DNA of 63,449 nt, counting the filler, from Olpidium bornovanus S191 (Eukaryota > Fungi > Olpidiomycota), in the NCBI GenBank assembly GCA_017911155.1. It is 30 parts of 30 records of this genome, joined end to end, with 100 filler letters (N's around TTAATTAATTAA, not from the genome) between each part and the next. Parts side by side here need not be neighbours in the genome. Positions count along the whole stretch, not along the records: positions 23,421 to 24,505 come from JAEFCI010008346.1; positions 24,606 to 28,104 come from JAEFCI010005842.1; positions 28,205 to 31,169 come from JAEFCI010008807.1; positions 31,270 to 33,391 come from JAEFCI010005864.1; positions 33,492 to 35,878 come from JAEFCI010001628.1; positions 35,979 to 37,379 come from JAEFCI010002169.1; 24 more parts are not named here. The stretch is one strand, 5' to 3'. The stretch's first letter is position 1. Each line of letters opens with the position of its first letter. Positions 23,901 through 36,266 of this stretch are shown here, one piece after another. The notes under the pieces were generated by a model, which saw only the letters and a program-made list of their open reading frames with translations, was not told the origin of the DNA and searched no databases. The position numbers and the translations under genes were made by a program.

Positions 23901-24753
23901 TTGCTGATTGTTTCTACCCTGGGTGGGAGGGGGCGAGGGGGGTGGGCGTGATTCAGGTTTAGTCTGAAACCTGAATCACTCCCAGTGACCCCAAAAAAAA
24001 ACCCAGAGACCTCCCAACAAATAGCATTGGCCTCTGGAAATCTGTAAAAGACACGTCTGGGCCAAGTTTCAAAAAGAAAGAAGTGGGTTTGCTTTAACTG
24101 GAGCAACAGGTTATGCTCTACTGGCTCTTCCCACTTGTGACGGTATGTGGCCTACCTCAGCTCCCAGGCAAACTGTTGACTTGCTGTTTGTTGGAGGCTG
24201 CTGACAAATTCCTTGTCCATATGCCTGCCGTCTGCTCGTGTCTGCGGAGCTGCCTGGCTGCTCAGATTAGTATCTCCACGTACTCACATGGTTGGTCTTC
24301 AGGACGGCAAGAGAGGATGGCGCACAGATCAACGCGAAGGACAGTATCGGGAAGATCGCCCGGGAACGCGGGGGGGATGGAGCAAGGGGAACAGCGCGAG
24401 GGCAACGGCGTGGGGGGACGTCCGCAGGTGGGACGGCCAGGGGGGAGGGGAACGGCGAAGGGGGGCAGCGCGGGGAGGACGCCCGGGGGGGGGGGGGGGG
24501 GGGGGNNNNNNNNNNNNNNNNNNNNNNNNNNNNNNNNNNNNNNNNNNNNTTAATTAATTAANNNNNNNNNNNNNNNNNNNNNNNNNNNNNNNNNNNNNNN
24601 NNNNNCGTCCCCCCGCGCTCTTCAAATCCCTCCGAAACCGAGCGCTTTCTGAACACTTCCTCCCCGACTCATAATTTCCGATTCCTAAAAAAAAGCAGGA
24701 GAAAATTTTCTCCTCTCTCTCTCGCCCGACCCTGTTAACCGCTTTCGGCCTTT

Positions 24754-25222
24754 TCATTCTTCGTGGTCGCCGTTGGGGTCGCGGTCGCGGTCGTCGCCAT
24801 CTCCCGGCTGCTCGGCCGCGACCTTTTTCGCGCGGCACTCTTCCTCGATGTTCCGCGGGACGAGTTCCTTGGTGTTCTCCCATATGACCCGCGCGGGGCA
24901 CGCGTTCATGTCGCACCACTGCACGTCCAGCAGCTTGCCGTTGTGCCAGATCCGGACGAAGAAATCGTCGTACCGAACGGCTTCGTCGGTGTCGGTGGAA
25001 GGGGAGGAGGAGCCCGAGGAGGGGATCTGGAGACGGAAGAAGCCGGCGCCGTCCCCGCCGGAGCCCGGGCGGCGTCTCCAAAGCTCGACGATGATGCTGC
25101 TGGAGTACGGCGGAATGGTGGGATTGCGCACGTGAAAAGCTCCGAGCAGCGACGCCAGCGTTTCCTCTAAAAAAACATTTCGAAGCGGGCGGGAAAAAAA
25201 AAAGGGGGGGAAAAAAAAATCA

Positions 25223-25253
<31 letters not shown>

Positions 25254-27151
25254 GGAAGGAGGGGAGGAGGAGGGGAATCGGCCGTCGAGAACGAAAACAA
25301 CCGCGCGGCAGGACCTTGGGCGCTGTAGATCTCGAAACTGGGCTCGCGGCGGTGGTGGTGGTGGCGCGCGGATGGGGCGCTCGAGTCGGCGTGGCGCCTC
25401 ATCTTGGCGCGAAGTTCGGCGAGGAACGAGCCCGTGACGAGTCTGTTGAGTTGGCGGGAGTGCGGCGAGTTTTGGAAGATGTGCGCCATCTCCCAGCGGG
25501 CGTGGCGCATCGCCGCGTCGACGTCTTCGTTGGTGAGGCAGGTCTGCAGGCTCCGGTCGCACGGTATGGGCATCTGGTGGCACACGCGCGGGGCCAGGTG
25601 CTCGAAATAGGACAGGAAGGTCCGCGCCTCCGGCCAGCGGGGGCTGGCGGGGTCGCCGAAAACCGCATGCAGCTACGGATTTTCGCGGACGGAAACGTTG
25701 GTGGGCCTTGCCGGACGGAGTCGCGGCGCCCGGCAGCGAGGAGAGGCCGCACCTTTTTGAACAGCAACCTGTTCTGCTTCACATGCGCTTTGAACCGTTT
25801 CGACTTCATGATCGCGCGGATGATCTTGTCCTGCGCCGGGCAGCTTGCAGGGTTCGGCTCGAGGTGCTCTATTTCCTTGGGGAGGGTCACCTTTTGAAAG
25901 GGGGAGGCGCGGCGTCAGCTTTCGCTTTCTGACGGGTGTCCCGCAGCGCGCGCAGGCGCGGGCTCGCGGACCATGTCAACTATCGACCCGTCGGGCCGGA
26001 ACTCGCCCGGGGACAGTCCGGACAGGATGCGCGAAGCGGACTGCTTGTTTCGGCTGAGCGGCGAGTTGCGGACAGCCAAAAAAAAACCCCCACAAAAGTC
26101 TGTCAACAACAGACCCCGGGAGGGCGGCGGAAGCCGGATCGCGCGCGCTCTGGACGCAGCTTACGAGTGCGCGGTCGATCGCACGCAGATCCCGGCTCCC
26201 TCGTGAAATGTTTCCGGCAGGAACCGCAGCGCCTCCACGTAGACCTGGCGGAGCTGGGCGCCCAGCTGTCTCTGGGCCGACGCGCCGCGCGGCGTGAGTT
26301 GCCCTTCGTTTTTTTTTTTAAAAAAAAAAAAAGAAAAGAAAACCAAAAGAGAATGTGAAAAAATTTCCGACCGGTGAATCGCGCGGTACCGGCGCCGCGC
26401 GCTCCCAGACGGAGCGGGGTGGTCGAGCGCCACCTGACGGTGCGCTCGCGGTCGGAAAAAGGACGGGAGGAGGCCCCCACCGACGTCGCACGACCCGCGC
26501 CACATCGAGGACGAGAAGGGCGCGTCCTCGGGGATCGAAACGCGCTCGCGCGTGATCATCGCGCGCTCCGGTTTTACGCCGGTGGCGTTCCCTGTGAAGA
26601 AGGACAGCTGCTGTTCCCCGGCGCAGTCCCACTTGAGGGCGGCGACGGGGGGAAGGCGGCGGGGGCAGAGTTTAGCCGCGGAGGGCAGGGGAAAAAAAAA
26701 ACGGCGCGACCCCCCCGGGGGGGGAAAGGGAGGGAAAAACGCCGCCCCGTCCGGTCGCCCACCGTCACGTCCCAGTACGGCTTGGTGACGAGCGGCGCGC
26801 GGTCGCCGTGGCGGCCGATGAGCTGGACGGCAACGAGCTCTGCGTTCTCCTTCGAAAGCGGAGGTTAGATAAGCGCGCGCGCCGCCGCGTCAGGTTTCGA
26901 ACCCCCGTCGGCGCCGAGTTCCCCCCTTCCCCCGCGCCCCTTTCCCTCCCGCGGCGACCGGAGCGTACGCTGGGTGCCGAGTAGTTGTCGGGCGAGAGGA
27001 AGGCGGCGCCGCAGTAGGTCTCCCTCTCCAGCGGCGGCGGGCAGCTGGGGCAGGGCCGCTGCTGCTGCGCGGCCGGGAACGCGAACTGGCTCCCGCACGC
27101 GAACGCGGCCGCGGAGGACAGGAGCGCGCCCGGCGCGCACCGGAGAAGCAT
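24754..27151 (-). CDS. Secreted/lysosomal-type histidine acid phosphatase (spliced)
   Basis: Hydrophobic N-terminus, LVAVQLIGRHGDRAP (RHGxRxP), GQLTPRG..Q..LG..LR..YV, VRST, RTKQSA..IL.GL.P, FEIYSA...TLASLLGA...PPYSSSIIVELW. Confidence 0.88.
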
Positions 27152-28249
27152 CGTGTTCCTCCGCGGAGCTAAGGGGGTGGGGGGAAGGAAGGAGCGGACC
27201 GCGCCGGCCCCGCCGTCCCCGCGGGAGATCCCCCCTTAAGTAACCGCGCGGCGTTCGGCGGGCCTGCGCGCAGCAAGCTCCGGGGGGGTTGTTTAGCTCC
27301 GGCGTGGCGCGCGCGCGCGCGCGGCGGCGGCGGCAGCGGCGGCGGTGCCGCTCCCCCCGTTTCTGCGCGGGAAGGAAGCAAAGGAAGCGGGGGAGGGCCG
27401 CGGCGCATGAGGGGCGCGGCGGGCGTGGCCGGGCGCGGGGCACACGTGGGGAGGAGGCGCGGCCAGGAGCGGCTGTTTTTTTGTTTTTGTTTTTGTTTTT
27501 GTTTTTAGACTTTCGGCGCGCGGATTGCGCGTCGGGTTCGGGGGGGAGAGTCGGAAAAAAAAAAAGAAACCAAAAAAAAAGAAAAAAACGGACCGCCCAC
27601 GCTTTCCCGCCTCTCAGCCCCCAACCAAAAAGACGAAAGAAGAAAAAAAAAGGATCGAAAGCAAAAAATCGCGTGGCGTCACTGGCCCGCTTGCTGCGGG
27701 GCGGCGGGAGACGGACGGTTTGAAATCCCCCCCCCCCCCCCCCCCCCCGCGCCGCCCCGCCGCCACCCCCGTCCGAAGGCGGACAAAAGAAAGACAAGCC
27801 CGCCGGGTAGGTGGACGCCGCAGGGGTGTGACGGGGCGGGGGGGCGGTGCGGGGGAGAAAGCCCTTTCCACTTGCCGAGACCAGGCCCGGGACCGCAAAA
27901 GGGAATAAAGGAAGCCAAAAAAAGAAACCTCCCGGGGCGGAGTGGGGGAAGGGGGGAGCGATAATAACGGTTCTTTATTTATTTTCCGCAGAACCGAAAA
28001 AAAAAAAAAGCCCCCCCCCCCCCCCCCTTTTTCCTTCGCGACGCCGGACCATGGACCCGCCGGCGAAGACGGTCGGAGCTCACGCGAACTCCCCTTTTTC
28101 GAACNNNNNNNNNNNNNNNNNNNNNNNNNNNNNNNNNNNNNNNNNNNNTTAATTAATTAANNNNNNNNNNNNNNNNNNNNNNNNNNNNNNNNNNNNNNNN
28201 NNNNCATGAGGACTTCTTCCGAGAGCTGCTTTTTTGGTCGAAGTCCAGG

Positions 28250-28830
28250 TTCAAGGGCTACGTTTTTCAGCGCTGGTTGCCGCCTTTTATCGACAGAGGA
28301 TGGAGTAACGTAAAAAAAACTTGGCACAATGACGACATTTTACCAGTTGAGTTGAGTCTGCTTCTTCAGATTCCGCGTTTCGGTCTGCTTCAGATTCTGT
28401 GTCAGAAACTGTGTCGGATTCTGCATCAGAATTTCTGTCAGGCCTTGCGTCTGGGCTTGCGTCAAATGCTGCCTCTGAATATGCATCAGGTTCTGCATTC
28501 GAGTCTGTGTCAAAGTCTGATTCTGAATTTGCCTCAGATTCTGCGTCTTAATCGGCGTCAGATTCTGCGTCTGGATCTGCATCAAATTTTGAGTCTAAAC
28601 CTCGTCAATCAGATTCTACGTACTAATGTATGAATTATAGGTAGTATATAGTAATTCACATAAAGTATGTATGAACCTAGTCGGATTCCCGTCAGATTCT
28701 GCATAGGAATATGGGTCTGATTCTGCGGTTGACTCTGGGTCAGATTCTGCGTCTGAATTTGAGTCTTATTCTGCACAGGGGTCTGCGTCCGATTCGCGTC
28801 AGATTCTGCATCTGAATCTGCTTCATTCAG
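28250..28830 (-). repeat. Degenerate 12-bp minisatellite (GACGCAGAATCT) encoding an acidic (DAES)n stretch with stops and a frameshift; probable pseudogene
   Basis: Minus frame reads DADPDAESDAD*DAESEANSESDFD...EEADSTQLVKCRHCAKFFLRYSIL. The two blocks are separated by an AT-rich intron-like piece at about 28625-28685. Confidence 0.7.
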
Positions 28831-31269
28831 GGCGTTAGCTCGGCAGATGACAATAAAAAAGTAAAGGAAAATAAAAAATTTCTGGGGCAAGGATCAGGGG
28901 TAACCCCTGGCGCTATCTCTGAGGGAGCGAAGCTCACTGATGTGAAGCTAATAAGGAGATACTCCATCCGCGGAAAAACCACATTTGCAATTTTGAACAT
29001 TTTGATAACCAGCCTGAGGATATAATTATCCGGGGTAAAACCGCATTTGCAATCTGCAGCACCCGTTCTCTGATCCGTAGCGCGCAAAACAACGACATAA
29101 ACTAAGGCCTTTGCGCAGCGTTCGGGCGCACACCGCAACCTTTGTCGAGCGCAGCGCTCGGCTGGTTCTCGTCTCGTGTGCCCGCGGCGCGCACACCGCC
29201 TCGCTTTCAAAGCGCCTTTCTGCGCGGCGGCTGTGCAGAACTGTCCCATTTCTCGTCCGCCAATCGACGCGCCGCCCCCGGTCGATCGCGTTTTCGCGTG
29301 AATAATTTGACGTCCCTGCTCTCTTGGGCATCACGCAGCGTCCCTTGCGGCCCTGCTCCGCGTTCCCTTGTCCCTTTCCTGTCATCCCTTTTGATCGTGG
29401 CCTCGCATTGATCGGCCCTGACACCGGCGCTCCTCATCATCGATGGCGGTAGCCGAGAACAGAGAGATGGAAGTGGTGACGTTATCCTTGTAGTGAGCGG
29501 ACTAGGCGCCACCGTGCAAAACGAGCACTGGGCCGGGCGCCCTTGAGCGTCATCGAGCTGGGTTTTCTTGACGGTCACTTCGGTCGCGTCCTACTCCCGA
29601 ACGCCGGAGTCGTCGACAGGGGTGTCTGTCTCGAACACGGGACCGGTCGTCCGAGGGAGCTTTCTTGGCGTACACGGAACGAGGGGGCGCCGGAGAGGAT
29701 GATTTTTCGGCTTTTTGGCGAGTTTGCCGACAAACGTTGTTGACGGCGCGATCTCGCTGTTAGACGCGGGCCTCGCGGACGCGGCGGGCGACGCGTTGCG
29801 CGCAGTGCGCCTCGAAGTCCAAAACAAAATTGCGCCCGGTCGCGCCAAACGACGGCGTGGACACAGGGGGCCGTTACGTTTTCCGTTTTCGCTTTTCCGT
29901 CAGTTGATCCCTTTTTTCCTTGCCGTGCCCCGCCCAGAGACGCGGCGATCAAACCTGCCACGCACTCGACGCAGACTCCACGTCCCCGGACGGCGTGTGC
30001 GTCATTCCCGGGTGCGACTTAGCCTGAAAGTGGGCTGGGGATGGGGCGCGCAACGTGGCAGCGAAACGGCGCCAGTTTGAAGCAGTGCGCGGCGGCAGTA
30101 AGCTTTCCCGTTGGCGCGGACGGTTCGCGCGTGCCCTCTGGACGCTCGTTGCCACGGGGCGGCGAGCGTGGGACTTGTGCGGCGCGCGGTTGATAGGGGG
30201 CTCCATAGCAACGGGGACTGCATCCCTGTCCCCGACGCCCTGCCGTTGACTCGCTTTGTAACGGCGTAAAACGGAAATCCTTTCAGGTGAGAAGGGAACC
30301 AAAAAGGAGAGACTTGTCCAGCGGCTTTAATCCTTTACTTTTCGAGTGGCCGTGACAGTGAGGCCCCCCCCCCCCCACTTCGCTTCCCTCCGCCCCACGG
30401 TGTCCCGCGAGTCGTTCCGAAAGGTGAGTAGTTCACGAAACAGGCCAAAGAAGTCGGCCCGGAAACACCTCGTTCGTTGCCACCCCAGCTCGCTAAGACG
30501 ACGGCCGGATTGAAGCCTACCGTCATGTTACATGAGCGGAAAACCACGGCTTCGAGCGGGGTATGGCGTCGGCAGGGATGCGGCCAGGGAGCAAATAGTG
30601 GCCAGACAACACTCTCGACCAGGTCTTGTGAGCTCCGGGCGCAGCTCTCACCGCTACCGGTTGCTTTACTCCCCCAATAATGTTTCTCTCGACACCAAAC
30701 ACGGCGGATTCACGCCTTGCCGGCCGCTCCCAAACCCCATTCCCCCGACTTGGACATGTCGCAGGGCCACTGCCACGCGTTTGCCCGGTACCTTTACGTT
30801 GTCTTACCTCATACCAACTGAGTCTCGGCGCGCCCTGATTCCTGTCTGACTTCCCGTTTCACACCGGTTTTCCGCAAAAAAAAAAAAAATCAAAAAAAGA
30901 GGATTTACCAGCCGAATTTTTCAGGCCAGCCACCCGCTTGCGCAAGAATCCTCAAGATGCTGCACCGCCGGTTGCCTTCCGCGAAGTCGACGATCAACGT
31001 TTCCGACGTTTGCTCAGTCGGCCGTCGGCGGGAGGCGCCGGGTGAGAACATGTCTCACTGGCACTCAGGCAAGGTTTCTCGTCCCATTCGCCGTTTCCGC
31101 TGCGGCCGCTTTTGAACCTCCTGCTGACCGAACCGATTCCGTTCGGAACTCCAGAACGTTGTCCCGCTCNNNNNNNNNNNNNNNNNNNNNNNNNNNNNNN
31201 NNNNNNNNNNNNNTTAATTAATTAANNNNNNNNNNNNNNNNNNNNNNNNNNNNNNNNNNNNNNNNNNNN

Positions 31270-32032
31270 CATGAGGTTCTGAATCATTACAACGCCAAAA
31301 GGGTCATCTGGCAGGATCTGCTCATAAAGGACAAAACACGCGAGTGGGCATTCGCGTGCAATCCACTCGACAATGATGTCGGATGCGGCGGGGTCAAGGG
31401 AGATAAGAACACACTCGGCGATAAAAAGCGTCGGAAGTCTGTGGCCGCAACCCAGGAAAACGAAAAGCAAAAAAATAAACGCAACAAAAGAAGACGGTAA
31501 AGCAAGCGAAAAAGGTGTTAGCCCGAAAGGAAACGATGCGTGTTACAGCGCTCAAATCTCCCCATCAAGCTGCGTTCGGACTTCCCCCCTCCACTCGGGT
31601 ACACCGTACCTGGTGTCAAAACCTCGCGACGCGAGTTTCTCAACGACTTTGTCCCATTCGCGAAGGTCTCCGGCTATCAAAGAATAATCCGCTGCGTGAA
31701 TCTCTGTGCCGCCACTCGCTGCGGCGGGTTCACAAGGGTTCGGATTTGCTTTCAGCCATCGCGACCAAGTTTCCCAAGTAGCGCGGGTGGCAGTAGGGTT
31801 CCAGGTGAATGACACCCGTACCAAGTTTAGCGCTCGGGTCGCTCGAAAATAGCCGGTCCCACCAATGTCGTTTGATCAAGGCGGCCTTCTTTGCCGTCAC
31901 CTCCAGGAAATCTATCTCGAAATACTTTGAGGGCGCTCGGTTTTCCGCCTGGGGGTTCACACAGAGCCGTTTCTTAATAAAAGAATTTCGTGTCGTGGAA
32001 GGCGCCGAGGCGGATGAAGGGGTGGAGGGTGT

Positions 32033-32112
<80 letters not shown>

Positions 32113-32897
32113 GGGGGAGAGCAGAGGTTGTGGGAGGATCACGCGAGCTCACCGCACCTTCAGCAGCAGAAACCTCGAATCCGAGCCCGCTCCGAGGGAC
32201 ACGATTTGCTTCGGTGCGTTATCGGCGCCGGAAGACCCAAGGAACCGCTCTACCAACAGATCGATCGCGGCGGTCCTGCAGTACGTTCCTGAAAAGCGAA
32301 AATAAAGTGGGTTGGTAAAAATCCGACGTCCATTCTTACGTGCGGCGGCCTTCCGGCCTTCCAAAACCGAAAGAAACAGCAAAAAAAACGAAGAAAAAAA
32401 AGGGAATTTGAAAATAATTGACGGCCTTGGTGGGTAACGTGTGGATTTTGCCGTGAAAACAGCCCGAAGCAGCATCCCATTCCCCTCCCCCACAAAACAG
32501 TTTTTGGCCGCGTTTACCTCTGTTGATGACGGGCGGCCGCTTCACCGGGCGCCGGGCGAACTGCTTCGCGAACTCGTCGCGGAGGTAGCCGGCGTTGACA
32601 GCAGAGCTGTTATGCCACAAAAAAAGATCAGATGGGCCGCCGCAAGGTCCCGCTGCGCGTACAGCAGCTCAACGGCGTGTGCCCGTGATAACAAAGGGCG
32701 CTCGCGTGGTTGCTGCGGAACGGGGCCCCCGCAGGTGGGGGGGGGCCGGACGACGGCCCACGAGCAAACGGCGGGCGGTGCGGTTACGCAACTGGCAAAA
32801 GGTCGCGAGAGTCGGGCGGTGCTACTACCCACAGCTTGCTCGTCGCCGCGTCGACGTCTGTCTGCCGGATTAACTCGTCGGGAGAGGACGCGTTCAT
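31270..32897 (-). CDS. PPM1: Leucine carboxyl methyltransferase 1 (PP2A methyltransferase), 3'-truncated
   Basis: [13 protein letters not shown]|[12 protein letters not shown]...PPVINRG|TYCRTAAID...[13 protein letters not shown]...YFEIDF...LIAGDLR...[10 protein letters not shown]...[17 protein letters not shown]. Confidence 0.93.
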
Positions 32898-34794
32898 GGC
32901 GGTTGGTCTCCTCTTCTGGGGAAGGGCCGGAAGAGTCGGTTGAAGGAGGGGAAAGAAGCCGGGTGCCGACGGTGATCGTTCTGGGAATCTCTTCGCGGCT
33001 CAGAGCTTTTTTCCCCCGCACTTCCGGAACGCCGCCGACGAAAGTTCTGGCCACTACGCCACTGCCAAATAAAAAAAAAAAAAAAAAAAAAGGAAGCACG
33101 AATTCGTCGCTTGGTATACCTCGCGTTATTATGATCTGTTGCAACCTCAACCATCATGGCACACGTGCGAGTTTGTACGGTGAATTCCGGAATTTGCGAA
33201 ACTAAGACCTGAACACCTGCGGCCAAACATGCATGTAACATTTCACAACGGAATACTACTCTCACAGCCCCATGTTAAACCGACACCGAACGAAACGTGG
33301 GGAAAGTGCTTGAAAATGGCGGTCAAAACCGAGTGGCGTTGCAAACCGGGCGAATAGTGACAAGCCGTGGTCCGCGCAAAAGGTGGCAGAANNNNNNNNN
33401 NNNNNNNNNNNNNNNNNNNNNNNNNNNNNNNNNNNTTAATTAATTAANNNNNNNNNNNNNNNNNNNNNNNNNNNNNNNNNNNNNNNNNNNNCCATGTCCA
33501 TAAAACCAATTTTTCAAATGAACACAAAACTCCAAGCGAGTCGCCACCTTGGGAGGAGAAGCACACAGCCTGGTCCATTAAGGCCATCGCAATCTTTGAT
33601 GTTTTTGCCTCGTTTCACCGCTCCGTCGACCCTGCGCTTTGCAGCTCCGCCGCAGCCGAGGTCCCTGTGCATCGCCGGCTCGCGTTTTCGCAGCTTGGTC
33701 GTCGCCGGCCCCCGCGCGCATCGCCGTTCGCTGCGACGCCCCCCCGTCCGCAGTCCGGTGCGCCGCCGCGACTGTCACGTGACCGTCACGCCCTCCCCTG
33801 TTCACCCCCTTGTCGCGCGCGAAACCAGAAACCTCGCGCTCCGCCCCTTCCAAAAAAAAAAAAAAAAGGCACAAAGCCCGCCTTGGCCCTCCTTCCCGAG
33901 AGCACCCAAACGCCGCCGCTGTGTCCTTGCGCGAGAGTGAGAGAAAGAGAGTGGGAGAGAGGATATGCTTCTCGAGCCGCGGGCGGCGCCGCCGTCCGCC
34001 GCAACCTTGTCTGCAGGGACGGCGCGCCTCTTTGCCAGAGGCCGGCCTGAGGGAGCGCCGCGCACTCCCGGCCCGCCGCCGTGGACGCCGCCGCCCCCCG
34101 ACCGTCCGCCGTGGCGGCGGCACGACCGCAGAGAGCGCGCGCTCCAGCCGCCAGGGCAGAGTGCCAAAACCGCGCGTGTTCGTCATAGAAAACGGCGGCG
34201 GCGACGACGAAACGCGGGGGGGGGGGGGGGGGGGGGGGGGCGCTGCTTTGACACCTGCTGCGGCGAGACTCCCGCAGCGACGACACTCCCGCTGACGCGG
34301 GCCGTGGGGAACGTCGTTTACGTCCCGGACGAAAGGAGACGCGCCAGCGGCGGCGCTCGCCCACCGGAGGAAAGGGCGAGCGGCCGGGAAGGAGCGGAAG
34401 TCGGCGGGCCGTCGACAACCAAGGAGGCCGGCACCGGCCTTCCCGGAAGTCGACAGCCGGGGGTGCGCGCAGGTAGCGACGGCAACCGCCCAGGCTGAGA
34501 CGTCCGTGGCGTTTCGAGTCGGGTTCTCCGGACGACGAAGCCGGAAAGCAGAAGAGGCGGCGGCCGCACCGCGTTTTCGGCACCGAGCGAGCTCGAGCGC
34601 GACGGCCAGTCCGCTGAAAAAGAACAGGTTCGGGCGGGCGAAAAGCGAACGTGGTTCTGTTACCCGTTGGGTACTTGGCGCTTGCGACGACGATAATTTA
34701 GGAACCAACATCTTGGAGGATACGAGAGTGAATAATTTTCGGAGGACGAGCGCCCCGCAGAAGACGGCAGCGATGGCGGCGGCGGCGAAAACGG

Positions 34795-34895
34795 CGACGT
34801 TTTCGACGGCGTTTTCGACATAAGATTCCGGCGACGTTCTCGACGACGTTTTCTACGATGATTTCGGCGACGTTCTCGACGACGTTTTCGAACGA
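34795..34895. repeat. 12-bp-period degenerate tandem repeat
   Basis: Units such as TTCTCGACGACG / TTTCGGCGACG / TTTTCTACGATG. Confidence 0.7.
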
Positions 34896-35090
34896 GATGG
34901 CCGACGACGCGGACAGCGTCCACGGGGTAGTTTTCGTCGCGGTTTTGGGAGTACTTAGACAACTAACGAGGTTTCACAGGGTCGTCGGCGGGAGCGATCG
35001 AGCACCACCAACATCTGCGGGCCGCACAGGCAGCAAGAGAGGATTTTGCAAAACCGTTTTCGGAATGCCGAAGAGGGGGAAAGACAAAGA

Positions 35091-35345
35091 AATTTTCCGG
35101 AAGTGCTTTCACGCTTACTGGGTGAATATGGTAGTTGCATCGGACATTGAAAACGGAAAAATGAAGAAAAGTGAAGAATAAAGGAAAAAACAACAAAGAA
35201 TATTTTTTTTGTTCTGACACTCGCGGGAGGGGATAGGGTAGTTGCACTGGACATTTGAGAAGGAAGGGAAAATAAGAAAACGTAAAAGAAATTTGCCGGC
35301 ATTGCTCTCACACTCACGGAAGGAGATAGCATAGTCACATCGAAA
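35091..35345. repeat. Three degenerate copies of a roughly 100-bp unit
   Basis: Shared core (TGCT/TTCT)..CAC.CT..C....GA.A.GGTAGTTGCA..GGACATT at about 35091, 35199 and 35289. Confidence 0.55.
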
Positions 35346-35771
35346 AAAAAAGAATTAGAAAGCAATAAATTTGTCAATGAGTCAATGGGCACGGGTTTTG
35401 AGTACTTTTAACCCACATTGAAGGAGAATGGATTTGACTGATGAAACAAGGGGGGAAAGGGCAAAAGAGCTTCAACGAGCTTGTCATTTGCAGCGCGGGC
35501 TAGGGGAGCGGGCGGGGACGGCGGGAGACCGTCGACGAGGAGTTAAAATATGGTTATGGTCGTAGTCGAGACAGGAATAGAGAGGACACCGCGCTGACAA
35601 CCGCACAAATTAAAGGGGGGGGGGGAAGATTTTGCAGAGCCGGGCCGGAATCGTTTTTGCACACAAGAGCAAGCGTGGGCCGGCGCTCGCCGTCGCGTGA
35701 GGCGGAGAGCGAGGCCAAAAGCAAAGTCGAAACGTTTTTTCCTTTTTTTTTTCTGCAAAAAAGCAAAAAGG

Positions 35772-35878
35772 AGGGAATTTAAACCCTGTGTTTTACTTTC
35801 GGCGCTGGTTGCGCAGGGATTCGAACCGGGTGCGGTTTGATCGCGAACCCTGTGGCTTAACCACTTGCCCGGGGGCAC
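35772..35878 (-). ncRNA. tRNA-derived Pol III head (tRNA pseudogene or SINE 5' part), not a foldable tRNA
   Basis: Minus strand has an A box (GGCAAGTGGTTAAGCC with GGC/GCC D-stem) and a B box (GGTTCGAATCC). Acceptor, anticodon and T stems do not pair canonically. The 5' end is cut by the contig edge. Confidence 0.5.
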
Positions 35879-35983
35879 NNNNNNNNNNNNNNNNNNNNNN
35901 NNNNNNNNNNNNNNNNNNNNNNTTAATTAATTAANNNNNNNNNNNNNNNNNNNNNNNNNNNNNNNNNNNNNNNNNNNNCCCTT

Positions 35984-36018
<35 letters not shown>

Positions 36019-36078
36019 TTTTTCCTTTGTGCCCCCCGCAAAGGGCACAGGGAATGGGGCGCCGGCCGGCCCCCCTGC

Positions 36079-36120
<42 letters not shown>

Positions 36121-36211
36121 CCGGTTGTTCAGAAAGTAGCCTCGCTGTCTCTCTCTCTCTCTCCCTCCTTCCTTTCTCGGCCGCACGGCCCAGCGTCCCG
36201 GCTCCCCCCCT

Positions 36212-36266
<55 letters not shown>

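Noticed and set aside
28830-28890. Apparent signal peptide (FFIFLYFFIVICRANA) on the acidic repeat ORF
   Set aside because: It is the translation of a T-rich intron tail with a CTAAC branch point and a GCAG acceptor.
29400-31169. Exon-like pieces (EVTVKKTQLDDAQG, SAHYKDNVTTSISLFSATAIDD on minus; several GTGAG donors on plus)
   Set aside because: Probably coding, but no consistent model or family could be built by eye.
35806-35878. Functional tRNA gene
   Set aside because: Acceptor, anticodon and T stems do not pair, so it is kept only as a tRNA-derived element.
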